A DNA stretch of 64,000 nucleotides from Eledone cirrhosa. Taxonomy: Eukaryota. The stretch is taken from contig OZ024750.1 in the NCBI GenBank assembly GCA_964016885.1, forward strand, positions 12,710,001 to 12,774,000, in the 5' to 3' direction. Shown one piece after another: positions 38,183 to 51,570 of this stretch (the first letter of the stretch is position 1; every line of letters starts with the position of its first letter). Position numbers and translations under genes: made by a program. The notes under the pieces were generated by a model that was not told the origin of the DNA, searched no databases, and saw only the letters and a program-made list of their open reading frames with translations.

Positions 38183-41100
38183 TTATTATTATAAAACAAA
38201 CACTACCTTGAAATGAACTGTAAATAGCACCAAAAAATACATATGGCACTGTAACTAGAAAGATCAAGATGAGAGATTTAACTGATCTCTGCTTCATATA
38301 ATAAATGAACATATTTCAGATCTACTCTTTTTATGTAGTTAATGTCTTGTAAGATGTTGGCAGAGTTGGCAGAACGTCTGATAGAATGCTTTGTATTATT
38401 TTTTTTTGGCTCTTGGCACTCTGAGTTCAAATCCTGCCAAGGTCAACTTTACCTCTCATCCATCCAAGGTTGATTAAAAGCAGTACCAGTCAAGTACTAG
38501 GGTCGATTCTTCCTCTATATCTCTTTCGAAGAATAAATCTGTTGTATTGAGACCTAGAGAGAGAGGATGGATTCCGCCAGGTTTAAAAATGCCCTAGGAA
38601 CACTATGTTAATATGGCACCCCTAGGACTCCCGTCTGAGTTACGGGGACCACGCATGCAATGTATAGTGGGTCTTGAGGTACTGCCTCCTTTTGTTCATG
38701 TAATGTGTAAAGAAATTTATAATAAACTCAAAGGTAGTGAAAAGGCCTGAGAAATAAACTAGTAGAGAGGTTTGTGATGAGATGTTGCTACTAATGTGTT
38801 GGTACTACAATAAAATACAGCCAGTATTTTGTGTTAAGAAGGGCATCCAACCTTAGACGTCATGCCAAATTGGAATATATTGAGCCAGACATGGTTCTTC
38901 AGACTACCCACACCCAACATAGAAAGTGTATTGAGTGTAAAACAATGGTGATGATGATGAATATTAGAAGTTATGGCCTCACCTATAAACATAATGCTGG
39001 AAGTGAAACAGCTGTGGGAAAAATATTTATTTATGCAAACTTTATTTTTAATCAGTTGGAGAAAATCTTTGAAATGATTCAACTGAGTGAACAATATTAA
39101 AATCAAATAAGATGAAATCCATATAAGATTATTATGAAAGTGATAAAATAATGAGATAAAGTTGTTATCATTTTAAATTATTTACAATCAAATTAACTCT
39201 GTCCCATTCTTTTCAACACCAAAGGACACAATGTAAATGTTAGGTACACAAGAGATAGCAGGTAGACTATCAGGAAAAGAAGACTTTATATGTTGTAGAC
39301 ATGGATAGTTGGTAGTAAGAACATCAGTGAAATGAATATTTTCTAGTCCCAGAAGTGGTTGATAGCTTCTGTTAATTAGCTGACTTAATTAGCAGTGTAG
39401 GATGTTGCTCTGGGAACATAACTAGAATAAGAAAAGGATGGACAAAATTCAGAGAGCTACTACCTCAGTTGACAACAAATGGCTTCTCTCTATAAATGCA
39501 AGGCTGGCTGTATGATGCCTGTGTGTGATATGGAATGCCACATGGTAGTGAAACATGGGCAGTGAATGCAGAGGATATGTGAAGGCTAAAGAGAAATGAA
39601 GCAAGCATACTTCAATGGATGTGCATGGATGAATGTACTAGTAAGGACATGTGATGTATACGGATGATGATTGCTGAGTGAAGAAGTGCCATAAAATCTC
39701 AGTGGAAAGAAGACGTGGGCAGTGGTGGTGAGAGCAAATCACAGATGCTCACAGAGAAAAAGATGGAACATGACAAGTGGAGGGATGCTGTACTGAAAAA
39801 GGACCCATCAAACCCAAGAAAAAGTGGACATGAAATGATGATAAGATAGTATTTGTATCATAACAAAATGTTCTTATATTATTATCATTATCATCTTTAC
39901 TGGGAGATTTCAGTTTAACTCTTTAGCATTTACATTACTCTATATTTACTATTGTATTTTCACGATAATTTCTCACATAATATTGAAACTATGAGATTTA
40001 GATATTATTTATTTTGAGATGGTATGTGTGGATGGTTACGGCTGGTTTGAACAGTAAGCGGTGAGAAAATTCTGGCTTGATACGACCAGTTTAAATGGTA
40101 AAGGAGAAACCCTTTAAAATGGTTGATTTTGTTTCAAGAGGTGGGGCTTTGGGCAGGCTGGTATCAAAAGGGTTAAATCTGCTCTACTAAAGTTTAGTTG
40201 AGATAAATTATCTAAAAAATGACAGTTTATTTAATGAAATGTGTGGTTGTAGGTTTAACCTCTAGTTTATAGAATTGACACTTGGAAATATGAAAGCTAG
40301 ATAAGGCAAACCCATTTTCTTAACTATTTTATTCCCAAGATACTTTGGTTATGAGAAACTATTTCCTCTTCATTTCATATCATGAGTTTTTAATATGATC
40401 ACCATCAGAAGCATGACACAGTAATAACTATAAATAAACAAAACTGCAGTGGAAAGGAAAAATCTATATAAGCAAACTTCCTTTAATTTTAGGTGTGCAG
40501 ATACCATACATGAAAGTAATATTTGATTTATGTAAACGATTTAATGTTTTACCAAATATATCAGAAATATTTAGAACACCAGACTCAAGGGAGATATCTT
40601 ATCCTTTAAACCATGACCTGAAAAACACTACTTCCTATAAATATTCATTTGCAAGAAGCTAAATTTTGTAAAGTTGATATTAACATGGAAAATCTTATGG
40701 TTAACTATTGCATTAGGAATGTTTATATCTTAAATTTCTTTAAAAGATCAAGTTTATACCAAGACCAAATTTTTCTCTTCAGTTGATTACATGAAATTAC
40801 ATATATGTTTCTAGATGTCTACAAAACTACAACACTCAAATTCAGCTAACTTGAGTAAGACATTTTTTTATCAACCTTGAAAGTATGAAAGACATAGTTG
40901 ACCTTGGTAGGTTTGAAATTTAAGTGCAGAGAGCCAGAACAAATGCCACAAAATATTCTATCCGACATTCAAACAAACCTACTAATTTATCACCTCAACA
41001 ACTATTTTATTCAATAAGAAAATATTTAGAGAAATCTTTAAACAAATAAAGAAGATCTTATATTATTCTTTTGTATCATTGAATAGTTATGTCATATTTC

Positions 41101-41611
41101 CTTCTCCTGCTCCTTTCTAACAAGTAGAATAGGTCACTTTATTCTTTCAGTAACATCACTGGCAGTAACAGTGATGGGATGAGAGATAATTATATATTAT
41201 TCATAGTAAAACCTAGGGTGAAAGTTCAAATTCAGTTAAACCTGTGCTTTACATTAAACAATAAATAATTACTTCTACTGCTACTTCCATGTAAAAAAAA
41301 AAAACAAACAAGAGAGAGAGAGAGAACTATTCTACTAACTGGAAAGCAGTAGGAAGACAAGTGTGTGGTGGTGGTGGGGAGAGGGGGGAGAATGGCACGA
41401 CATGCAATGATAAAAAAAACAAACAAACAAGAAATACTATATTAATGATAGGAAAAGGTCAGACCTCATACTGAATCAGGAATTAAAAGTTGAGATGTTC
41501 ATCACTATTTCTGAGTGTTAAACTGTCTTTGACTGTATTTTATAACATGGGACCTGCTTTTCTGCTTTCACTGTATAGAGTGAAAGCAGAAATTATTTGC
41601 TTAAACTTTAA

Positions 41612-41652
<41 letters not shown>

Positions 41653-41996
41653 TCATCATCATCATTTTATGTCCGCTTTTCCCTGCTTGCAAGGGTGGGA
41701 CGGGAAATGATTCTGGCTTGATTTCTACAGCCGGATGCCCTTCCTAACACCAACCTCATTTACAGTGAGTGCTGGATGCTTTTTTTACGTGGCACCTACA
41801 CATCCACTTTGCAGTGTGGGCTGGGTGCTTTTTTGCCGTGGCACCAAAAGGTTACATGTACCTCCTGATCATCGTTATATATATATATATATATACATAC
41901 ATTTATTTTTTAATTTCAATTGAGTTCTTAACACGTTGGATTGATAATGTTTTAAATATTATTGTATTATTTAAATATTATTGTATTATTGTATTA

Positions 41997-42048
<52 letters not shown>

Positions 42049-42067
42049 CAGCAATCTTCATTACTTT

Positions 42068-42099
<32 letters not shown>

Positions 42100-42820
42100 T
42101 ATAAGCAAAATATAATACAAACTTTGTATTTTATTTAATGATAGCGTACCAAAGTTTTGGTACCCTTGAAATATATATAATAGAATAAATATGGTTTTAT
42201 AAATATACTTTCCATTTATTTAATATCATTGTATATATATATATATGGCATAGACATTACCATACAATGGGAGGAAACATAATAGTACCACTGATGATGT
42301 CGCAGATGTGCAACAAAAGAACTTTGATAGACTATATATATATATTTATATCTGTATTTTTAACTGGTGGTCAATCAATATATACTGTATATGCCATGTT
42401 TGAAGAATGGTACATTATTGAGCCTGCAGCCAACTTTTTGCTATTACTCATCCTTAATATGTTAACAATTAAGATCACTTAAAACTACAAATATTATATA
42501 AGCTAATATTGTTACACATTTTGAAATACAAACTAAATTAGTAATCTATGAAATAGAACAGGATGTACCTATCATCAATTGCAAAATTCCATGTTTGCTG
42601 TGATTCAAGTGGTGAATGATTATTTTAGTCATGCCATTTAATTAGTTTCTATGATGTAATATAATAACAGTTTAAAATGACAATTTTGAATAATGTGTTA
42701 CAGATTGTTACAATTATAGATTCTGAGTAATTTTTGTTGGCTATACATATTAACTAGATTAAATATTATGCAATTGTAATCTATGTCATATAATAAGTAA
42801 CTATTATAGAGGAAGACCAC

Positions 42821-42987
42821 GAAAAACATGGGCGGAGGTGGTGAGAGCAGACCTCAGATTGTTGAAACTCACCGAGGAGATGACGAAGGACCGTGACAAG
42901 TCGAGAGATGCTGTGCTGAATAGGACCCGTCCCACCCTTGCAAGCAGGGAAAAATGGATATAAAATGATGATGATGATGATGATGAT
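42821..42987 (+). mobile_element. RTE-clade LINE 3' fragment
   Basis: GRPRKTWAEVVRADL... with tail CCCACCCTTGCAAGCAGGGAAAAATGGATATAAAA(TGA)n; same family as 54735-55025. Confidence 0.82.
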
Positions 42988-42990
42988 TAA

Positions 42991-43380
42991 CCCTTTAGAA
43001 TTTAAACAGGCCATATCCAGCCAGAATTCTTTCACCTCTTTTTGTTCAAACTGGCTGTAACTGGCCACTCATACTGATGTTAAGGTATTGTTCTCAAAGT
43101 AAATAATATCAAAATATCGAAGCTTCGATATTATGTGAGGTAAAGCCTTTACGACAAAAATACAATAGTATATATAAAGTAATGTAAATGCTAAAGGGTT
43201 AAACCAGCTATATCCAGCCAGAATTCTCTCACCTTTTTCTGTTCAAACCGGCCATAATACTGCTGTTAAGGTATTGCTCCCAAAATATATAATATCAAAA
43301 TTTCGTAAATTTGCTATTATGTGAGATAAAGCCTTTACTGTGAAAATACAATAATAAATATAGAGTAATGTAAATGCTTA
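42991..43380. mobile_element. piggyBac-type MITE (42991-43198) plus a tandem partial second copy
   Basis: TTAA|CCCTTTAG ... CTAAAGGG|TTAA; internal sequence matches 26938-27277 and 47089-47309. Confidence 0.83.
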
Positions 43381-43533
43381 AAACAGCAAGAGAGGACCAT
43401 TAGAATACAATAAATCATTTCTTACAAACCCAAGCCTTCTGGCACAAAGGGACTTTTGTGTCTTAGGCTCCTCTAATAATGTAGAAATTTTTGTTAGTTA
43501 AATCTTGGTTGACTCTATATATGTTAGTATTGG

Positions 43534-43908
43534 ATGACAAGGTCACTTCAGAAGCTCTCTACATTCCAGAACCACATCATGAGACTTATGACTGGCAAGC
43601 GGCTCAGCAACCGTATCTGTATCAGTAAGCTGCTCAATATTACCAAACTTAGACCAATTACATCAACTGTCAAGTCAAGAGTACTATACGGTCATATAAA
43701 AAGATCAACTTGTGGTGTGAGTAGGTTATGCCTGGAAGGAAGGTTGGCTGGTAAGAGAAGCAGAGGCCGGCAGCCAAAACGATGGCTTGATAATGTCAAC
43801 TTATGGACTGAACTTGATCTTTGTTCTGTGAACTCTGCTGCTGGTGATCGAACTTTCTGGAGAGGGATATCACATGTTAATGCGCAGTCTGCAACTGGCG
43901 GAGTTTAG
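43534..43908 (+). mobile_element. RTE-clade LINE ORF C-terminal remnant (second family)
   Basis: LYGHIKR...LEGRLAGKRSRGRQPKRWLDNV...AAGDRTFWR is the typical RTE C-terminus; (TG)n tail follows. Confidence 0.82.
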
Positions 43909-44004
43909 TGCCAAAGTATGTGTGTGTGTGTGACAGCTCACACCTATGCAGGTTTAGCTGGCCTCCTCCAAGGTATATCTCGTTGGAGGTGTCTTGGGTA
44001 ATTT

Positions 44005-44171
44005 AATGATAGGGACCCCAGTCCTATCATCTCATTTCTACAGCTGAGTAAACTGAAGCAACGGGAAAATAAAGTGTCCTGCTCAAGGAAACAACACAGC
44101 ACCCGGTCCGAGAATTGAACTCACAATCTTTCGATTGCAAGCCCAATGCTCTAACCACAAGGCCATGCACC
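44005..44171 (-). mobile_element. SINE family B, 5' part
   Basis: tRNA-like head and core as in 11168-11503. Confidence 0.8.
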
Positions 44172-45826
44172 TGTAAAAGTCTGTATATTAGTATGATCAT
44201 GTTTTTAATTTCTTTCTTAGCAGAAGAGGGGAAAATAACAAAATACAGGAGCTTCATTAACTGATTACTTTTCCTACCAGTCACCATCAAGACCTCAGGT
44301 ATCCTTGGCCCCTGCACTGCTGATTTACCTTGTAACATTAGAAAGACAGCAGCCCATCTGAGGAAAGAGTCCCATGAGGTGGAATGGCTGTTGCCATGGG
44401 TGTCACTGGCCATTCTCTGCAGCAATACTTTTGCCATTTTATCTGTGGATCACAACTGAAACACAGCTCTGACTGGGATGTAAAACTTATTCCCCCCCCC
44501 CCCCCCCCTCCTTTTTTTCCTTGTTTAATTTCCCAGTTTTTTCTTACTCTTTTTTCTTATATTCCTCTCTTAAGTTATTTACGTTTTTATTTTTTAAAGT
44601 CTTATATGAAATATTACAGTAAATAAGAACAAGAGAGATTAAGAATTGCAGACTAGAAAAAATTTAATATCACTACAGTTTGACAAATATTGAAATATTT
44701 CAGAGTTTGTACAAAATATCAAAAACTAAGCCATTATAAAATAGTATAGAAGAGAGTAAGTAGTATGTATTACAAGGAAATGTGTCTGGCATAAATCAAC
44801 ACTACTTGTTGATCTAGAGTAAGTGAAAACAACTTCATCCATTCATGACTAAATATTTTAAGGAAACTATTTGGAAAGTCTTGGAATGCCATCTCTAGTT
44901 ATTTAGAAATAGTATAGGATTTGCCAATGTCTCACATAAAATACACAAAATGAAGATCAGATAACCAGTTTAGTTATTTTAAGTGCTATTTACTTCAGAC
45001 AAAACTTTCAACTAGTTAGTTGAAAGAATTTTGTTGAAAAAAAAAATAAATAAAATGCTGTAAAGTTACAGATCTTAACTTAAAGATTAAAATGAAGAAA
45101 TAATGATAGAATTTCTACTATATTCCATATAGGACTGTTAAAATGTAACTTTATCTGTTTCTTTCCAGACGTGGTCTTTGTATTATTAACTACTTAGCAT
45201 GCTGAAGTTTGTGCAAAGATGACAGCTTTAGGCTAGATTCTTTAAAAGTATCTATTTCTTCCCTCCCATTTCTGAATATAAATATTCTTGCATCCTTTAG
45301 CACTCATTAAATAAGTATCAGAAAACATTAGGAGTTCAATTCAATTAAACTTTCCCTCTTCTGTATAAAACTGGTCTCTTACTTATTAAATAAAAATTGG
45401 TAATTTTCTCTATTTTAAATCCTTTTATTTTATATTATTTTTATTAAAACATTTTTAATAGAAATTTAAAGCATAACTTGTGATTCAAAGCTGAAGGTGT
45501 TTTACTTAATCCAGATGTAAATATTTTGTGAGTAAAGTATTCTGCTTAAGAATTTAAAACAATGTACCATATATAATGGAATATACGCCGATCCCACTAT
45601 TTTATGTCTGAGAAAAGGACCAAAATCTAAACCTTATTTACATAGAATTTGAAGTTGGTGAAAACTGTCAAAATATTTACCCCCAAATATATGCCAACAC
45701 CCCTTCTACCATTGAATTTTTGGTTACCTATTCTTTGGCTTATATTCAAATATATACGGTAGTTCTTGAGTGGTAGACTTAAACCATCATTTGGTTTAAT
45801 GTTGCCGCCTAGCCATTGGATACATT

Positions 45827-46010
45827 TAATTGTTTCTACTTTAGGCACAAGGCCAGCAAATACCCAGTGCATTACTGGTACTTTATTTTATCGACCCCGT
45901 AAGGATGAAAGGCAAAGTCAACCTCGGCGGAATTTGAACTCAGATTGTAAAGGGACGTAACTATGCTGGAAAGCATGGCGTCCGACCCTCTACTGATACT
46001 GCCAATCCAC
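45827..46010 (-). mobile_element. SINE family A with 20-bp TSD
   Basis: TSD AGCCATTGGATACATTTAAT at 45811-45830 and 46011-46030. Confidence 0.9.
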
Positions 46011-47088
46011 AGCCATTGGATACATTTAATGAAGTCCACTCTGTTGGAAACATTCAGGCCATGTTTTCAGTTTGAAAATACCTTCTTTTCTCCCTTCCAC
46101 CTATCCTGTAGGCCTTGAAGAGGCTCATGGTCAATATCCTTCTGCTTAACTAATAAAAGGAGGAGTAAAATCTAGAATCTGAAGGAACATGTAAGAGTAG
46201 TTTAGACTGAATTGGTAGAATTGTTAAAATATCAGATAGAATGCCTTATACTATTTGTTCCAGCTCTCTGTTCTCCAATTATAAATCCTGCCAATGCCAA
46301 TTTTGTCTTTCATCATTCTGAGGTCGATAAATAAAGTCCAGTCAAGTTGAAGGGTTGATTCTCACCTCTGTTTCAGAATTGACTGAAGGAGTAAAGAAAG
46401 AAATACACACATCATGGTCCATCAATGTTTTAATCATTATGGACTTGACAGGGTTAATATTATCTGATCTTAAAAACAGCAGTTATTTTTTTTTCTTTCT
46501 ATTCATTCTTGTTTTCAGTGCTAGAAGAATATTTTGATATGCAAGTTACAGCATCATTTTAAAGACTAGTTTATGTATTTAAAACATGGATTATAACATT
46601 ATATTTATGCAATGAGCCTCTGGCTAGTCAAACAATCTGAAATATTTCTAGAATATAATAATTGTATTACAAATCTAATTAAAAGTCCACTGATAAACCT
46701 GTTTCTGATTTCTCTACCAAATTAGTGTATATCATATTCACCATCATTGTCATTTGTATGTCTGGTTTTCCCCGTTTGCATGGGTTGGGTAGGTCATTCT
46801 TAGCATGGCATCTCTCCACACATCATGATCCTCTGTCAGTCTCTGAACAGAATTTAAATAACTGTTCCTACATTTGGCACAAGGCCAGCAATTTGAAGGG
46901 AAGGGAAGGGAAAAGTTGATTAACTCGAGCCCAGTGCGCAAATGGTGCTTTAATTTATTGACCCCATAAGGATGAAAGGCAAAGCTAACCTTGACAGGAT
47001 TTGAACACATAACGTAAAGGGTTGTAACTCTATGCTGCAAAGCATGGTGTCCAATGCTCTACCCATACTGCCAATCTGCTGCTCTTAA

Positions 47089-47309
47089 CCCTTTAGCATT
47101 TAAACCAGCTGTATCCAGCCAGGATTCTCTCACCGCTTTCTGTTCAAATTGACCATAACTGGTTGCTCATACTTATGTTAAAGTATTGTTCTCAAAATAA
47201 ATAATATCAAAATCCCATAGGTTCAATATTATGTGAGATAATTATGTGAGATAAAGCCTTTACCACAAAAATACAATATTAAATATGGAGTAATGCAAAT
47301 GCTAAAGGG
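47089..47309. mobile_element. piggyBac-type MITE
   Basis: TTAA|CCCTTTAGCATTT ... AAATGCTAAAGGG|TTAA. Confidence 0.86.
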
Positions 47310-48280
47310 TTAAATAATGAGTTATAATATTTTAATCAGAACATTATTTGTTTACATTTTGAAAACAAAGATTTATTACTGTAATAAACTCAGATATTTG
47401 ACTTTAATAACACATATTGTTTACTGTTCAGTAAATGTCCACTTTGAGCTGTGATCTTTGGAATATCTCTTATTTTATATTCATTTTACAAATAAGAAAT
47501 AAATAAATAAAATAAAGTTTGTTAAAATGATGAATAAATATTATTCTATGTTTATGACATAATTTCTTTTTATAATGTAAACTATATTAATACCAAACCA
47601 TTAATTTCTACAGCAATATTTGTTTTTTTTTATATTCTATTTATAAAACTATAAACAACAGAAGTTTGTGGTTATACTGTTCTATCAATTTTGCCCTTCC
47701 ACAAACCATGAAAAGTAGAAAAGAGATGGACAGTCTTGTTTCATATATATTTATATCAAATATTTGTGATAAATCTAGTTTACCCCGAGTTTACCTTAGA
47801 GGTTTGTGGTCATAGCATTCTATAAAGTTTGCCCTTCCAAAAACCACGGAAAGTAGAAAAGAGACACACACACAGTCTTGTTTCATACATATTTGAAGTA
47901 AATGTGGAGCACACACGACCCCCAGCCTATCTGTATGGTCAGTAGCTCTGCTTGAATACTGAGGACTCGGTCTGTGAAGACTCATCCAACCCCTGCTAGC
48001 AGAGATGACTGACATTAAACGATAATGATTCCTCTGAGTACTTTTACAGTAAAATGACGTAAACCTACAGAAAATGTTAAAATGATGATTCCTTCAGAAA
48101 TCAGTAGTGTAAGTTTTCTACCCAGTTAAAGGGTTACTCAACTCAATAGCTAGAGGTTTTTAAATTCTCATGACCTATTTCAATTACAGTAGACACAATA
48201 AAAAAGGATGTTGATTAATTTCTTTTAGCAAACTTAGCTTAAATCAGAAATCTTTTCCTTTTTCAGCAGAGTATTTTTAA

Positions 48281-48497
48281 CCCTTTAGTATTTATATTAC
48301 TTTATATTTACTATTGTATTTTTGTGATAAAGGCTTTATCTAACATAATTATCTCACGTAATATCGAATCCATGAGATTTTGGTATTATATATTTTGAGA
48401 ATACCGGAAAAAAGGAGGAGCAGCCAGTTATGGCCGGTTTGAACAGAAAGAGGTGGCAGAGTTCTGACCGGATACAGCCAGTTTAAATGGTAAAGGG
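48281..48497. mobile_element. piggyBac-type MITE, opposite orientation
   Basis: TTAA|CCCTTTAG ... TAAAGGG|TTAA; further copies at ~39915-40085 and 55656-55800. Confidence 0.83.
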
Positions 48498-48988
48498 TTA
48501 AAGATACTGTTCCTTTTACTAATATTATGATACCGAGGTTGACTTTGCCTTTCATCCTTATGGGGTCGATAAAATAAAGTACCAGTAATGCACTGGGTAA
48601 TTGCTGGCCTTGTGCCTAAAGTAGAAACAAATATTATGATAGTTGCTTCTATGGAACTAAAGGGCCAGGTGGTTTAGTTATACTTGGTGACTAATTAAGT
48701 CTACCCCTGAAGAGGCTCATATCATGATTTGAACTCGGAAGGTAGAAAACCAAAATTGTTCGATAAAAAATGTAAGAAAAAAAAATGCACTTCTAAGTGA
48801 AAGTTAAAAGAAAGATAAAGAATGAAAGAGAGGGGAGAGGCAGGTGAGTAGAAGTAAGAGGTGCAAATAGAAGAGTTTAAACGGCTGTGGGGGAGTAAAC
48901 AGATATAGACAATGATTGAGAAATAGATAATAGATACATAGATATGAGTACACACATACATGTATGTGAGTGTGTATTATATGTATAT

Positions 48989-49038
<50 letters not shown>

Positions 49039-49313
49039 GGAGGTGAGTTTTATTGTAGTACAATAAAGCAATGCAAATATCGGATAAGTAGCACTCTACA
49101 GTTTGTAGGACTGTATATATTATATATATATATTGGAAAATGTTTGACCCCGACGGCAGTGCTCAAGCCGTTTTGATGGCTATTTCTGGACGTCGAAACG
49201 GCTTGAGCTCTGCCGTCAGGGTCAAACATTTTCCTATTACCCACTCTACTACCCTAAGTATTGAGTACTCTGGTGTGTTATGATCCATCTGGTTCCTTAC
49301 CACACCTCCTTCG

Positions 49314-49356
<43 letters not shown>

Positions 49357-49456
49357 TAAATATATATATAAATATAATATATATGACAGTACCCCAACAT
49401 TGCCTCAGCCTGTTGTCTGGAACACTAAATAGAGTAAATATATACATACATTTATA

Positions 49457-49488
<32 letters not shown>

Positions 49489-49925
49489 CATATATATATA
49501 CATACATATATACATACATATATACATACATATATACATACATATATATATGGTGGCTGCCAATTCGTTTTCGAGTACGGCCACTACTTTATATCCATGT
49601 AGGAGAACCCCTACCGATGCGCTGAACGAGTGATATATATACATATATATACATACAATTACACGCAAAGACAGAACCACGTTTATGGTATAAAAGAAGT
49701 CGTAGACTAATATTCTCTTAGGTGGTGCATAGTGACGTTCTCTGACAATGAACGGAAAAACCGTGTAATTGTTTTTCACCGTTCTAAATAATGACGTATT
49801 ATATTCGTTTTTTCCCGTCCTTTGCTAGGGAACGTTTCCACGAACCAAAGTATCGTCTTCCTGTCTTCCTCCGGTTGCAACGTTTTTTAAAATATTCACT
49901 TCTGCGTTCACAGATTGACTTTGTT

Positions 49926-49976
49926 AGTTTCAGAAGATCCCGTTAAGGGTGAAAGCAGCGATTCTTTGCTTAAACT
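49926..49976 (+). ncRNA. Hammerhead-like motif with one core substitution
   Basis: AGUUU-CAGAAGA-UCCC(GUUAA)GGGU-GAAA-GCAG(CGAUUCU)UUGC-UU-AAACU; all three stems present, CUGA changed to CAGA; its 3' half recurs at 41580-41615. Confidence 0.55.
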
Positions 49977-51242
49977 TTAATCTGTTATTTTAATAAATAT
50001 TTGCTCTACGGTTCTTATATATTTGATATATATTTATCCTTATCGAGCCCTCTTTGGATTTTAGTCTTCAAATTTATTATTATTACTATATATATATACA
50101 TATATATATACATATATTCATATATAAATATATATATACACCCACACACATACAGTCTACATTGCTATAGATAGTATTTCATTATCTCTTTTATGATTTC
50201 TATTTCATTAACATTTTTATTTATTTTCTCATTGAGCAAATGTTCGAAGTATTTCTCAAAGCTACAGGGATCTCAGTAAATTGCCTGATCATTGAGGAAA
50301 TGTTTTCATTATTGCTCTTGCTTCACTTGAACTAAATAAACTGTGAAATAAATTGAATTTTTTAAAAAACCTTTTCTTTCTTTGTATATATTTTCATTTT
50401 ACATTACTTTAAAAAAAAAACATAACCAAACAAACAAAAACAAATGAACAAATAAACATTGAATTCTGAATGTAACTCTTTATAGTTCTGTTTTTAAATC
50501 CATTTACCATTTTCTGTGTACCTTCTACTTGAATTTCATACCCACCAGGCATCACCATTCTTTGAGTTTCATGTGAGTAGATTCAATTTTAGTTCTGTAA
50601 ATCAGCAGACTGCACAACAATTTCAAATTTGCTTTACATTTCACTAAGTCGCACTGCTTCCTAAGTAACAACTATCTTGAATCGTGTTGATAAATAAAAA
50701 AACACATTCTGAAGTCATCATTGAAAGAAGTCAAGAAGTTTTATCTACTAAAGATATTGTGTCTCTTCACACAAACAGAGAAAACATGAAAAAATATACT
50801 TTTTGATTTTCATATTAAGTATTAAGCATTCAGTTTTTATTTCTTGTTATTTTATATTAAGGAGGAAGGGACAGTGCCCCTGACATTTGCATGTCCTCTA
50901 CATTTGCTGAAATTGATGTTCAGTTTGAATAGATATAAATAAAAAATATGCTGAAAGAAAAACATGTAGATAGATAGAAAATTCTAGAAGAGATTAGAAA
51001 TCCAAAGAAAAAGGATTGAGTAGCATATTCATGTGTGGTCTGGGAATGGAAGGAACAATATAGCAGAGGAGCTAGTAGTGTATCTAGCTAGAGGTGTTAC
51101 GTAGTCAGCTAGTTCAAAGTAGCAGAGTCTATTGTAGTATAACAGCAAGATAGAATAGACAGAACGAGTTGACAGTTAATGTGTATGTCTGACATTGTAA
51201 CCTGTTACATTAATTATGAAAAAGAAGGATATATCAAACATG

Positions 51243-51570
51243 AGTTGCTGAAGCATGGAACAAACTACCTGCATCAGCTGTTAGCTGCCGAGACATTGCA
51301 TCCTATAAAACCTCCATGGAACAAACTACCTGCATCAGTTGTTAGCTGCCGAGACACTACATCCTTTAAAACCTCCATGCTTTCTGAAATTCACCAACAC
51401 TATACCTGATATCCCCCCCCCCTCCATACACACACACATATGTATATCATGGCTCATATACTGTTCACTTTCCTGACATTTGTACATAAATTCTATGTAC
51501 TATACATGCACCTTTGATGAGTTGTAGTGCACCTGAGCACTGTACACAATAATTTCATTATTATTATTAT
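51243..51570 (+). mobile_element. CR1-clade LINE 3' end with an internal ~59-bp duplication
   Basis: WNKLPASVVSCRDTTSFKTSML plus a 3' UTR and (ATT)n tail matching 37490-37820. Confidence 0.8.

Noticed and set aside
48701-48745. CTACCC-CTGAAGA-hairpin-GGAA-GGTAG as a hammerhead
   Set aside because: No GAAA, no stem III and no cleavage triplet.
49551-49632. Short GC-rich island between TA microsatellites
   Set aside because: No second copy, ORF, or recognisable RNA fold found by eye; cannot be called.
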